DNA of 64,000 bases from the NCBI GenBank assembly GCA_964234715.1, contig OZ174279.1; one strand, written 5' to 3'. The notes beneath the pieces were generated by a model, which was given only the letters and a program-made list of their open reading frames with translations, was not told the origin of the DNA and did no database searches. Both the position numbers and the translations under genes were made by a program. Positions within the stretch are counted from its first letter, which is position 1; each line of letters begins with the position of its first letter. The stretch is from Podarcis melisellensis (Eukaryota). Positions 26,001 through 37,970 of this stretch are shown one piece after another.

Positions 26001-26409
26001 CAGAATACTTTTTGTTAATGGTCTGCTGTATGTTGGGAGTGAAGCTTTCTTGCTGTTGAAACCTAACAGTCACAGGTAGGACTGAGAGCAATAGTTCAGA
26101 GTCCAAGGAATCTGGTTGGAGCCCTAGAACAACTGTTAGGTAAATGGGCAGTGGGTGTTTCCCATTAGGCTGGCTAGCCACCTTCTCACTGCAGAACGGA
26201 TAACTTTAAAAACTGCATACCAAATAATGCCACCTTGTGCAAATAGAATTCTCATGCCTGGAACGGTCTGCAACTTTTCTAGACTTAAATGTAAAAATCC
26301 TGCAAGCGACCTTGTTTTACTCAACCTGCTTTTTGTAATACAGCAGTACATCATCGTCATTCTTGTGTAGTACATTTAATTGACCTCTGCCTAGGGGTAC
26401 AGTTATCAG

Positions 26410-26886
26410 TTTATTCATTTCTATGAAATTTCTATATTGCCCTTTATCAGAGGATCACAGGGCGGTTTGCAATATAAAAACACAAAAATGCATACCATAG
26501 CAACAACCAAAAACAATTCCCCTGCCACACAGATTTCAAAAGCCATAGATTGTTTAATTAGCCAAAGACCTGGGTGAAGAGGTATGTTTTTCATATATAA
26601 TGAAAATGCCACATTAGCCTCCCTGGGGAGAGCATTCCACAAGTGTGGAGCCACTACAGATAAAACCCATTCTCTTGATGCCACCCTCCAGACATCTTAT
26701 GTAGGTGACACATGAAGAAGGGTCTCAGATGATGATTGTGGGGTCAGTTCATATCGGGAGAGGCGGTTCTTGGGGTATTGCGTTCCTGGGCCATTTAAGG
26801 CTTTATAGGTCAAAACCAGCATTTTGAATTGGGCCCAGAAATTGGCAGCCAGTGCAGTCGGGCCAGGATTGGCGTTATATGCTCCC
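26410..26886 (-). mobile_element. L2 LINE 3' fragment
   Basis: The minus strand encodes REHITPILARLHWLP and SVVAPHLWNALP (L2 ORF2 C-terminus), followed by a 3' UTR with an AATAAA-like tail. Confidence 0.8.
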
Positions 26887-27886
26887 TAAGTGGAGGCTTC
26901 TGCAGTGTGGCAGAGGAAATACCTGTTGTTGGCAAAGAGGCCAAAAATAAGTGTGCCAGGGGCAGAATGAAAAGCCACTTCGTTTCCCCAACGCACCCCT
27001 GAAAGGGGGCAAAATCTATGCCAGCCCTGGAGCCAGTGTAATTTCCCTTCCTGTTGGAAAACAACCACCTGGGGGGCACAGGAAAAGCACCTCCTTCACC
27101 TTCTGCTGTAAAAGCAAGCAGAAGGGCTTTGAAATGGTAGTTCTTCTGCCATGCAATTTCCCACCACTACCACTGTAGGATTACTCTGCATTATGGATCC
27201 AATGTTATACCCACCCATTGGGAAATAAGATGCAATTAATCAATGAATTTCTGAGTAGACATGTATAGGATTATGCTTTAAGCTGACATAATTTTGCATG
27301 GGGGGAAATGCTCTCATATTATTTATGTCTTACGCAAAAGCATTCATAAGTAATTATACCAAATATTAGTAGGTCAAAAATGCTTCCTTAAAATAAATTC
27401 AGTCTTTTTTTTAATGCTTTCATTACATTTTGAAGCCCTATTCCTAGAGCACCATGTTTGAAGTAGGTGAAGAAATATGCCACTTGGTTAAAAAATAACA
27501 ACTAAAATGAGTCATTTCATTGTTACACTGCTTGTGGGTGTGAACAATAAAGACAGCTTACAACAGCTTATTTGAAAATAATTTAATGTATTATCGTCCC
27601 ATACATAGTTCCGAGTACATTCTAAAGGTCTTTTTTTAATACACTTAATGAGAATGTACATTTTACAAGACAAAACAAAAGCAAGGTCACAAGTATTCAT
27701 TCCTAACATACATTGTAGTGTTTAAGCAAGGCAAACACCATGAATTACATCAGTTGCAGCATACTGTATACCACACATCTAAAAATCTTCAGTGAAATGA
27801 CTTAAGACCTCATTTTTACACCAATTACAAGTGAGCAGAAAACACTGCAATACGGTTGTTTGTGCGGTGTCCAGATCATTCCTCAT

Positions 27887-27976
27887 TTATGCATCTTTTC
27901 TCTTGATGATCAGAGGTCCCACATTGTCTCCCGTTTCATCATTATGGTTTGTATGAGACCCATCGCATAATGGAAA
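27887..27976 (-). CDS. CISD1: CISD1 (mitoNEET) coding exon 3
   Basis: tttttcctccctag|TTTCCA...GCATAA. Encodes FPLCDGSHTNHNDETGDNVGPLIIKRKDA*, completing the CDGSH 2Fe-2S motif. Confidence 0.97.
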   Translation of the reverse strand, partial: FPLCDGSHTNHNDETGDNVGPLIIKRKDA

Positions 27977-29170
27977 CTAGGGAGGAAAAAATGCCTTCAG
28001 ATTACTTTTTTATATATAGCAAATAGCAATTCACAAACAACAAGGAAACCTAAGAGTGGCCTGATTTATACCAAGTCATGGTTTGTTTAGCCTAAGTGTT
28101 GTTGACTTGAAAATCTGAATGCAGCCCAGTGGATAGCCATAATTTATTTTCTGGCAAGAAACTCAGGATGTAATGCTATGGTTTGTAGTTGGCTTATGAA
28201 TCACTGTTTTTGAAGACTATGGTTGGCATTATTTCTCAACCCAATGGCCTTGCTTAACCATGGTTTGTTTGACTATTCCTTCCCAGGTACCTGCCAAACA
28301 ACAGGGCCACAAGATCAGCACAGGTGGAAAACAAGTTGCACTTTGGAGAACCAAGTCACAGTGTATTTTCTTAACTGTGAAACCAACACATGGTTGGCTA
28401 AGCAAACCATGATTAATACAAACCATGGTCGAGAGTTAAAGGCTGTCTACAGCCAATGCTGAAGAAATTTGGCTATGCTATCATCTAGTAATTTAGTAGG
28501 CCATCAGAAGGTATCACAGTTCCTGTGCTGATATGACAGAAGGCTTGTCCGTACTAAACCTAGACCTAGATTCAACTAACCCACTGCACTAGCAGAAGCC
28601 AGCAATGGGGCTTCTACACTCTCCTCTCCTCCTCCAAAATCTATTCTGGAGAGTCAGGAGAATCCCAGAAACAGCACATTGGGGTTGGGGGGCAGGAGAG
28701 CAGGGTCATTCTGCCTGGCTTGCAAAAATACTTGCATTCACAGGCCCGTCAAAAAACTGCAATTTTCAATTCCTGCCATTATAAATAAAATACATTTGTC
28801 TGAGGACTAGTATCAACATTTGGCCTTGAAAACAAGGACAGGATCAAAGTATTTCAACATATTTGATCAACATTTCTGCTTTATTATACAACCACTGTTA
28901 CAATTTACACTATAATAATTCCTTTTTTGCTTCTAATATTGAACAACCTATTCTCCTGTTGCAGTATTTCTTTTCCCACTAAAACCTACCCCTCTCAATT
29001 GTCTTTTAAAATATGAATGCTTAAACATTAATATTCAGTGGCGTTTACTCTTATGTTACATGCTCTCAGAAGGAAACCTTCCTCATATGGAAAATTGCTT
29101 TGATTCTAGAAATAGCCGATTATTGGATGTTCAGTTATTCCTTCTGATTCTTTGTGATGAACTAAAAGTA

Positions 29171-29638
29171 CCGTATTTTTCGCTCTATAAGATGCACCAG
29201 ACCATAAGACACACCTAGTTTTTGGAAGAGGAAAACAAGGGAAAAAATATTCTGAATCCCAGAAGCCAGGACAGCAAGCGGGATCATTGCACAGCGATCC
29301 CACTTGCTGTCCTGGCTTATGGGATAGCCGCGCGCAGCCTCTTCCGGGCAGGGGTAGCCTTCATCCCCCTGCCCAGGAGGCTTCCCCAAGAACCATGCTC
29401 CCTTTAAAGAGCGTGTGGAGTGTGCCCTGCTTGGGGGCTTTTCCCTGAGGAGGGAGATGGGCAGCCCTTCTCTCTCCTCGTGGAAAACCCCCGAAGAGCC
29501 TCAACACACGCTCCACGCGGCTCTTTAAAGGGAACACTGAGCAGAGCTTCCCGCCTGCATTCGCTCCATAAGACGCACACATATTTCCCCTTACTTTTTG
29601 GGAAGGGAAAAGTGCCTCTTATAGAGCAAAAAATATGG
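29171..29638. mobile_element. Tc2/pogo-type MITE in CISD1 intron 2
   Basis: TA|CCGTATTTTTCGCTCTATAAG...CTTATAGAGCAAAAAATATGG|TA, with GC-rich internal inverted repeats. Confidence 0.85.
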
Positions 29639-29715
29639 TAAGTACTTTGGCTGTGGAGGGTTCAACTAATTTGTAATTTAAAAGTTACAAGATATTTGTC
29701 ATTTTCTTCTCTTAC

Positions 29716-29921
29716 CTTCTTAGACCTCCAACACCGGCAGTACACAGCTTTCTCCCCCAAATCTTCCATATCAAATGCATGAACTACCTTTGGGTTATCT
29801 TTCTGGATATGGAGATTTACCATCCCATTACAGCATCTGTCCTTGCTGATAAATTTTTTGTAAGCAAGATATCCAACGGCTGCCGCTCCAGCAGCAAACG
29901 TAACGGCTGCAATCCATTCAA
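29716..29921 (-). CDS. CISD1: CISD1 coding exon 2 (206 nt)
   Basis: ctgtttcag|TTGAATGG...AAGAAG|gtaaga. Encodes (V)[68 protein letters not shown]: the TM anchor plus the first half of the CDGSH domain. Confidence 0.97.
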
Positions 29922-30839
29922 CTGAAACAGAAATATGGAGAAATTGTTAAAGAGCACTCACTAAGGCCTTTTGTGTGAACTGGTGCTGAGAAGTTACAGT
30001 CTGACAGAATTTTCATTTTCTCCTCATACACACTTCATAGCATTTAGTAGGGCTTAATCTGTGTTCCTAAACTGCCAGAATATAAACTGAAAGCACTCTT
30101 TCCCATGCATGTCTACTCACTAAACACAGAAAGATTTTGCTTCCAAAGTGTGCACAGGATTAGCGCCTTAGGGTTACATCTAATGTTAGACCTATTCTGA
30201 ATACAGACATTGAAATTAATGGACATAATTAACATGGGCCCATTCAGCGGGTCTAGCTCCAAGTATAACCTAGTTGGATTCAACCCCTAAAATGCTATTC
30301 TATACCAAGTCGTGAGTTTGATCAAGTTCAAATATACGATTGTAGTTTTAGTTTTTGTTCTGACACTCATGGAAAGGAACCACTTCATTTCTTTTGTGTA
30401 GACCCAGTAGAAGGGGTAAATAAACTTTGGAATACTAGAAATCGTGTTTCCCTTCTCAAGGAAATGATTAACCCTCAATACTTCTTCCCCCTCCCTATGC
30501 AACTTAGGGCACAACCATTTCCAAGTACTATTTTCAAAAGGTCAAAAATGTAGCTAACACATGACTTTAAGGAATGCCAAAATGAGAAACAAGTAAGTTA
30601 GATCTAAAGAGTTACATAGAACTACAGTGTACATATTGAGACAAGAGATAACCTGGAAAGGGTTCTCATAGGAAGAGAAGGAATTCCAATATTATCTGGC
30701 AGGTAAAAATAAGGTCACTAGTACATTTATTTATTATTAATCTAGTACTCTGTTGAGGACAGAGAAGTCAACCTATTCATCAATCACAGTCATTGACACA
30801 ATACATGTTACTAGCTTCCAGGCTAACCAGAGGTGATTA

Positions 30840-31286
30840 CTGTATTTTTCGCCCCATAGGGCGCACCAGCCCATAAGGCGCACCTAGTTTTTGGGGGGGG
30901 AAATAAAGGGAAAAAAATTATTTCCCCCCCAAGGCGCGAGGCTGGAGCTTCCCCCGACCCCAGCCCCCAGAACAGGCTGCTCTCTGCAAGCCCTTCTGCG
31001 GCTTGCGCAGAGCTACCCGAAGCCCCGGCGCGACTGCTCAGCGCGCCGGGGCTTTGAGATAAGAGGCAGCTCTGCACAAGCCGGGGGAACCCGGTGAGAA
31101 CTCCCGTGGGCTCCCAAGGCTTGCGGATAGCTTCCTGAAGCCTGGAGAGCGAGAGGGGTCGGTGCGCATCGACCCCTCTCGCTCTCCAGGCTTCAGCGAA
31201 AGCCTGCATTCGCCCCATAGGACGCACACACATTTCCCCTTCATTTTTGGAGGGGGGAAGTGCGTCCTATAGGGCGAAAAATATGG
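30840..31286. mobile_element. Tc2/pogo-type MITE in CISD1 intron 1, related to 29171-29638
   Basis: TA|CTGTATTTTTCGCCCCATAGG...CCTATAGGGCGAAAAATATGG|TA. Internal ~24-bp perfect hairpin at 31137-31194. Confidence 0.85.
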
Positions 31287-31468
31287 TAACTTTGCAAACA
31301 AGCAAATATTTCCCAATTAAAAATTCTAAAAGTCCCACTGACCGCATTGGGATTTATGTGTTTGGATTAGCAACCCCGAAGATGCAATCTTGTGCAATAA
31401 TACTTTATACCTTGTCCACACGTTATTTCAACAGAAGGCATTACGTTGATTCAGGAGTTCCACTAAAT

Positions 31469-31801
31469 TAGGAGTAGGAACATCTTTTAGCCGAGCAGGC
31501 CAGATTGTTATCTCTCCCATCTGTCAATTAGCTGATGTCACAATGAGGTCCACTGGCCTTTTTTGCTCCTAGGTGGTCTTCAGAACCCTTTCTTGAAATA
31601 CTATTTTGTGCAGGGCTTTGAAAGGGGCTTCTGACAATCAGCCAATTATTGGATCTTCAGAAGTTCCTTTCAGAGTGCTGATCAGCAGTGCAAATAAACA
31701 CACTTTCAGTTACTGCAGCTTGGCCAAAACGGTCTCATAGGCCAAATGAGGATGCCTAGTAGGCCTAATCAGGCCTGCCAGCTGAAAGTTCTCCACCCCT
31801 G
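31469..31801. mobile_element. Degenerate hAT MITE
   Basis: taggagtaggaac...gttctccacccctg, flanked by cactaaat / cactaaag (7/8 TSD match). Confidence 0.6.
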
Positions 31802-33509
31802 CACTAAAGCAAGGGTGGCAGTCAACGCAACCAAACTATTTACCCCAGAAGCTTCAGCAGGGCTTCCAGGCAGACCAAAAAATATTCCAGAGGGTAAGAA
31901 GCTTGAGCTCCACCAACTTGTCCCTATCACCTATATGCAAGTCCATAACACTTATCAGGACCAGCTTAAGAACAAAAAACAGCAGTGGGCTGCTTTTGCA
32001 GAATCACAGAATTCTTCTCAAGCTCAGTATTAAATGAAGAGAGGTGGGAAGAGATAAAGTTGTTAGCGAAGACATGGTAGAAAGTTGTGTTTACAATGTG
32101 TGATCGCAGTATGAAGGCAGTGTTTTAGGAAGACTGATTACAGTTAGAACCAAAATGTTTTGAGAACATCCAGTTATTTTTCTGCAGAAAATGTTCCATT
32201 CCAGAAGCTCATTAGTAATAAAGTATGGATGCCATTAGCCAAACTTGGAAGTTTCAGAGTTTTTAGCTTTGTCTACTAAAGTAAAATAAGCATGTTGAAT
32301 TAGGTTATTCTTTAGATCTGGGACATCAAAAAAATTACTAAAGCAAATGGAAGATCTTCTCATTTGCAAATTACCCTAATTTACAGAAGAATTTTTCCCA
32401 TAAAAATTGTCTGGAAAAATCGTATCACACAACCAGAGATATTTTATGCTGAACAGAGAATAAGACTAAGCTCTGCAAAAGGCTTCATGGACAACCATCT
32501 TGGAAACTGCAACATATTGGAGGGCATGGCAGAAACTCCATCTGCATCAAAAGTATTTTATTTACTCCCTCTTCTTTATCTCTGCCTGCCTAGAGTTCTG
32601 TGAAACTGTAAAGTTCTTACCGTCAATATCTAGCAAGCCTCATAAAACTGTTACACTATACTCTCAATTTAACCAACTGTAGTGGAGCAACACAGCTGCT
32701 GCTGAATCTTTTTGTATATAGGGGAAAGTCCTTGGTGCCGAGTTTTATTTCCAAGTTCAGTAAGGCAAACAGCTCACAAACTCCATACCCACACATGCCA
32801 AAACAACAAAAGCTCTACAGTATATAACTACACACTCATGAAATCCAACCAGCTCATGTCAGACAGAACACAGGAAAGCATGGACCAACACATCACAGAT
32901 AGAAGCTTGCAACTTTCAGATGCCCTGCACTTGTTGAAAGTTAGCGGGGTCTAACTACATACCTGCAAGGCTACACCTGTGCCATAGGCACATATAAACC
33001 ATAGTAGGGAACAGATCACGCAGACCATGATAAATATGGCAAGAGTATTCTGATTCCAACTATTTAACTTAACTAATATAAATGGAGGATGGAGTGCTGC
33101 CACCAAGAGCACTGTAGGGTGCAAGGAAAATGGGTGATGAGGAACTATGGTGAATGTACAGAATATCATATACAAAAGGAATGAGCTATATAACATATGT
33201 GATGTCAGGATCCCTACAAGCACCTGCCTAAAATGCTGGACAGAGACACTTACAAAAAATTACAACTGTGGGTGAGCATCAGGTGTCCTTAGAGAAGGCC
33301 TGAAATTGAGAGACTTGACATGGAGTAGGGAATAACACAAATAATGAAAACAGCTCTTACAGCAATAGTGTTTTATTTAGTGTTGTTGTACAGCACCTGA
33401 CTGCTTTATCCTGTTTTTCATCACAAGATGACAGTTTTGCTCTACAGATCCTGGAACTTGAAAGATTGTTACTTATACAGGATCAAATAACAGTTTGGTC
33501 CCTTTAGAA

Positions 33510-33635
33510 CAGGCTTCCTCAAACTCGGCCCTCCATATGTTTTGAGACTACAGTTCCCATCATCCCTGACCACTGGTCCTGCTAGCTAGGGATCATGGCC
33601 AAAAACATCTGGAGGGCCGAGTTTGAGGAAGCCTG
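33510..33635. mobile_element. Palindromic hAT (Charlie/URR1-like) MITE
   Basis: TIRs CAGGCTTCCTCAAACTCGGCCCTCC / GGAGGGCCGAGTTTGAGGAAGCCTG. Perfect 8-bp TSD ctttagaa. Confidence 0.9.
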
Positions 33636-33979
33636 CTTTAGAATCTTTTCTTTTCAAAGCTGGGCAATAGTTCTCCAAAATATGAATTAGCAATCCTTGC
33701 TAATTCAACCCTTAGTTGATGTTGGTTTGCTAAATCTTACAAGTAAAAACAGGGGAGAATCCCAGCCAGTCTCTGATTATGTGCCAAGTGCCCTCTGCTC
33801 ACTATTGACCAAAAAGCCGGCCCTCAAATCAAAGTGCGACTTTTAGGCAAACGAAGCCCTGAAGCCTCTCCCCTTAGGAGCAGGAGCCTGAATGCAACCT
33901 TTCTCTAACCCACACCTAGTTACATTTCCCCAGCAGGAGCACTAAACTACCCCACTAATCCCCAAAGGTATTAGTTAAA

Positions 33980-35090
33980 GGCGCTGGTTTCCGCGGAAGA
34001 GCTTCAAGGGCGTCCACCACGAACAGTTAAGAGGCCAAGCTTCACCACGCCCCCTTCCCAAAAGAGCCAAATTGCGGCTAGGAACGCGGTGCCTCAGCTT
34101 AAAGACCCGAGACAACAATCCCAGCAGCCGACACGCTTGGCATTTGCAGCGCAGTCACGAGTTCCTTTGTTCTCGGCGCAGAAGCGAGCGGGAGAGGCAG
34201 AGGTCAGGCAGGGAAGCCCGACTGTCGGAAGTGCGCGGCGCCCGAGGGCTCCCGCGGAGCAAACAGGTGCGGGGAGAAAGGCGAGCGGTTAGCCAACGCC
34301 CGCTAAGATGAGTCAAGGAGGGAAGGCTGAAGAAGCCTCGGGGCATCGCTGCTGCTCTTGCTGCGCAGCGCAACGCTCCACAGCGGCGACCGGAGCCCTG
34401 GAGGGGAAAGAATTGCTGAAGGTCACTGCAAAAAAAATGCCCAGGGAGCAGCAGAGGTCGCAGGTGCAAAACTGCTCGCCCCTATTACAGTCAGGCTGGG
34501 GCCACTTTATTAAAAAAAGACTATGCCCCGCCCGCCTCGTTGCAGGCGCCGCATTCCCGGAGCCTTTTCTCTCTTTCGTGAAGATGCCTGTCGTTAGGGG
34601 GAAAGAGAACTTGCATGGCACACAGGGCCTCGCGCGAAGGTAACAGGTCTCTCTCTCGGTTGGCAACGCGGGTCAAAGGGAGGAAAGCATTGCTCGGGAA
34701 CCACGGAGAAACCCCACATAAGCCGCCCCTTGCAAGGGCGCCGCTGCAATCCGGCGACCTTGCACGCTCTTACCCCGCACGGAAGAATTCGACCCGAGCC
34801 CCATGACTGCAGCCCCGGACGAACGCCGCGCGGCCACCCTCTGAAGCTCCGGCGAAGGGCGCGCGAGGCGGGGCGAGGGAAGTGACACCCAGCGGCGACG
34901 CGCCTGCGCGCCAGGGCTTTTAAGATGGCGCCGGCCGGGGGCGGCCTCTCTGCTTCAAGGGGCGGAGCAAGCGCTGCAAAACTACCAAGCGCGGCTCTAG
35001 CGGGAAGGGTGGAGGGAGGTCAGGGGTCGGGGGTAAAATCGCTTGCGGCTGGAGACTTAGAGACCTCGGGGGTGGTCGGGAGGATTAAAG
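33980..35090. promoter_or_regulatory. CpG island / CISD1 promoter with NRF1-, YY1-, ETS- and Sp1-like motifs
   Basis: CpG-dense. GGAAGTG at 34878-34884, GCGCCTGCGC (NRF1-like) at 34900-34909, AAGATGGCG (YY1-like) at 34922-34930, GGGGCGGAGC at 34959-34968. This set is typical of nuclear-encoded mitochondrial genes. Confidence 0.75.
34774..34804 (-). CDS. CISD1: CISD1 coding exon 1 (31 nt)
   Basis: gcagtcATGG start. Encodes MGLGSNSSVR(V). Donor G|gtaaga; phase 1 matches exon 2. Total CDS 327 nt = 108 aa plus stop. Confidence 0.92.
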
Positions 35091-36109
35091 GAGAAGGGGA
35101 GGAAGAAGAACAGTCAAGGCCACCCTGAGCATAAATGCTGCAAATGCGAGAAGCAGCTGAATAAATGAGCCGGGAAAGATTTGGGGGACAGGTGCCCAAG
35201 GGGACAGGGTCCCTCAGCAGAGGCTAAGAGGGCACTGCCCCACCAACCGAAGCGCCTGCCTTCCTGCTTGCAACCAGTCCATGGGATGGCACTGCCTGCC
35301 ATCTCTTCCTTCTCGGTGTTGCTCTTGCAGAGTTGCTTCCAGGTCAACCTGCACCCTACCAGTCTTGAGGGGCACCTGCTGCCACTGATCCTCGAAACCG
35401 TTAAGAAGTTGAGAGGAGAGATGATTCCAACAGGCGTAGGTTGTCATCCAGAAAGGCAAACATGTTGGAATTTCCTTTCAGGTGGGGCTCTCCTGGAGAT
35501 GCCCCAGAAGTTGTGCAAGCAAAACAGATGGGCTACCACTTTGAGCTACAGCCCCTTCCCTTAATTTTTCCTCTTTTTCACCTGGCTTGCCTATTGCTTC
35601 TTCATCAAGAAGGTCCTCTGCTGCTGACAGGTTTCCATGCTTTACTTACAACAGGGATGGGGGCCTTTGATGCGTCATATGTTTTATTTTATTGATTTAG
35701 ATTTCTTACCCACAATTTACCATAAGGTATATAAAAGTGTAAAAGAAAGAAAGAAAATCAGTTCCAGATCCCTAACTTATAGTTGCCTGTGCCTTTAAGA
35801 TGCAACATCAGAAGCACTTGCCTGGGAGTAAGCCTTATTGAATTCAGTGCTGCTTCCACATACACATGCATAGGATATTGGGCTGCAATCCTAAAAAGTA
35901 CTTAGTTGTTAGTATACCCAGCTTATTTGGAAAAGTAGATCTACTGTTATGTAACTGGTGAGGATGGGCTGAACAACCCCAACTTTCACACACATGCAGC
36001 AAAAGGAAAAATAAAGAAAATCAGTAGAATAGCCTATGCATTCTTCCAATAACAGTTGTGTAGTGTGCAGGATAGTGGTATCTATGGTTTCACTATTGTG
36101 GTGACCTAA

Positions 36110-36348
36110 TGCCAACCTAGCAGTTCGAAAGCACGTCAAAGTGCAAGTAGATAAATGTAGGTACCGCTCCAGCGGGAAGGTAAACGGCGTTTCTGTGCGC
36201 TACTCTGGTTTGCCAGAAGCGGCTTAGTCATGCTGGCCACATGACCAGCTGTACGCCGGCTCCCTCGGCCAGTAAAGCGAGATGAGCGCCACAACCCCAG
36301 AGTCGGTCACGACTGAACCTAATGGTCAGGGGTCCCTTTACCTTTACC
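36110..36348 (+). mobile_element. 5'-truncated Sauria SINE (subfamily A)
   Basis: Matches the 3' two-thirds of the 13689-14039 copy in the opposite orientation and ends ccctttacctttacc. Confidence 0.88.
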
Positions 36349-36469
36349 GGCAATTTGCATATATTCAGAATGAAATCTCATATTTATTATTTTGTTCCAA
36401 GTAGCCCTGCTACCTCTTTCTTGTAAAAGGTTCTGCTTTACAGATATATGGCAGACAGAAATTCCATAG

Positions 36470-36605
36470 CAGACTTCCTCAGCCTTGTATCTTCCAGATT
36501 TTTGGATTACTAATCCCATCATCCCTCACCATCAAGCTATGCTGGCTGGTGCTGATGAGTTATCAAGTCCAAAACATCTGGATAGTACCAGGATGGGAAA
36601 GGCTG
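36470..36605. mobile_element. Older copy of the palindromic hAT MITE
   Basis: Shares ccagat...cccatcatccct...ccaaaacatctgg with 33510-33635. Similar decayed copies lie near 23620-23750, 45800-45900 and 54660-54750. Confidence 0.6.
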
Positions 36606-37149
36606 CTTAATGGAGATGTTGATTGTCTGTCTGCCATGCAATACTGTTGATTATTAGGCAGCTATTTAAATGTATAGAAAGTCTAGCAGTAAAAATAGGT
36701 AAATATTGCTTTCAGAGATTCAAGGGTGCAATTTCAGAACCCATAGGTGCATTTCCACTCACTGTACTGCTTGCTTCAAGACAACTGAGTAACTTGCACA
36801 GCGTCAAACAAACTATTTTCTAAGCCAGCATCAACTTTTAAATAAAAGTATCACACAGCTCTCTTTGTCTCTGAGGCCTCTGTTTTTTTTTTTTTTAGAC
36901 CAAAAGAATTGTGCCTTGCTCTTTACCAGCTGCTGGTTTCTCTCATGATGCACAATAAAATTCAAGCCCCATCTAATGGCTTCCACCGTGTTTCCCTGCT
37001 GGCCTACCTCTTCTCGGAATATCTGCAATAATTACTTATGGAGCTTCAAATCATATTTTGCTGAGGAGGGATGCCTATGATGCCATGTAGCGGCAAGTCA
37101 GCCCTAATGCTCTTAACCTTTAAAGTCATCCCCAACCCAGTATTTTGCC

Positions 37150-37970
37150 GCGTGGGGGGCTGCTCCCGACCAATTCCGGGTCCTGCCATCATCACCCACC
37201 TCCCCGGAGCAGAACCGCGGGGGTCGCCGCGCCGCAGCCGCTGGGGCGCCTCTGGAACTACACGCCCCAGAATGCAGCGCGGGGGCGTCAGGAGGCGGTG
37301 GGCGGGGCGTGGAAGTCTATTAGTAGAAGCGGAAACAAAAGACCCTTCGATTGGGAGCGGAGAGGCACCTCGGCCTCGGCCTTAACACGCCCCGTGAGAG
37401 CCCGGCCCCCTCCTGGAGCAGCCAACGCCGTCGCCGCCTCCTCCTCCTCCTCTCTCTTCCCCCCTCTCGCAGCTTCCCCAGACCGGCCCGCCCGCATCCC
37501 CGGCTCCCCATGGCGCTGAAACGGATACAGAAGGTGAGAGCACCCGAGTGGGCCGGGCCGGGCTGGGCTGGGCTGCTCGCCGTCCGTTGGGAACTGGGTG
37601 AGCTTCGAGCCGCCCGGGCCTCGGGGGGTTAGTAATAGACAGGCGAGGAGCGCGCTTTGGGGCTGAGGGGATGCGCAGGTCTCGCGAGGGGCCGCAGGAG
37701 GGGGGGGAGTGATGGCTGTGGGGGGAATGTGGGCCTATATGGAGGGGCTTAAGGGTGGGGGGGGCCCTCGGTTGAGACCACCCTCCGCCCCCTTTTTTTT
37801 TTTGCTTTATAGAAGATGGCATGTATATTTTCACGGACACCTTCAGGGAAGCCGTAAGGGCCCCGTCTTGTTTCTGCAATGGTTTAGCAAGCGCTTGGGG
37901 GTCACTGAAAAATCCTTCGTTAAGCTGACAGGCCGGGCCCCCCAATAGGCAAGCCTTATATATTCGCGTT
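37150..37970. promoter_or_regulatory. CpG island / UBE2D1 promoter
   Basis: CpG-dense. ZNF143/THAP11-type motif GGAACTACACGCCCCAGAATGCAGCGCG at 37254-37281, GC box near 37300-37309, inverted CCAAT at 37350-37354. Confidence 0.8.
37510..37533 (+). CDS. UBE2D1: UBE2D1 coding exon 1
   Basis: ATGGCGCTGAAACGGATACAGAAG|gtgaga encodes MALKRIQK. Confidence 0.96.

Noticed and set aside
34072-35695. Many ORFs around the CISD1 promoter
   Set aside because: CpG-island artefacts; only the 31-nt exon 1 fits a gene.
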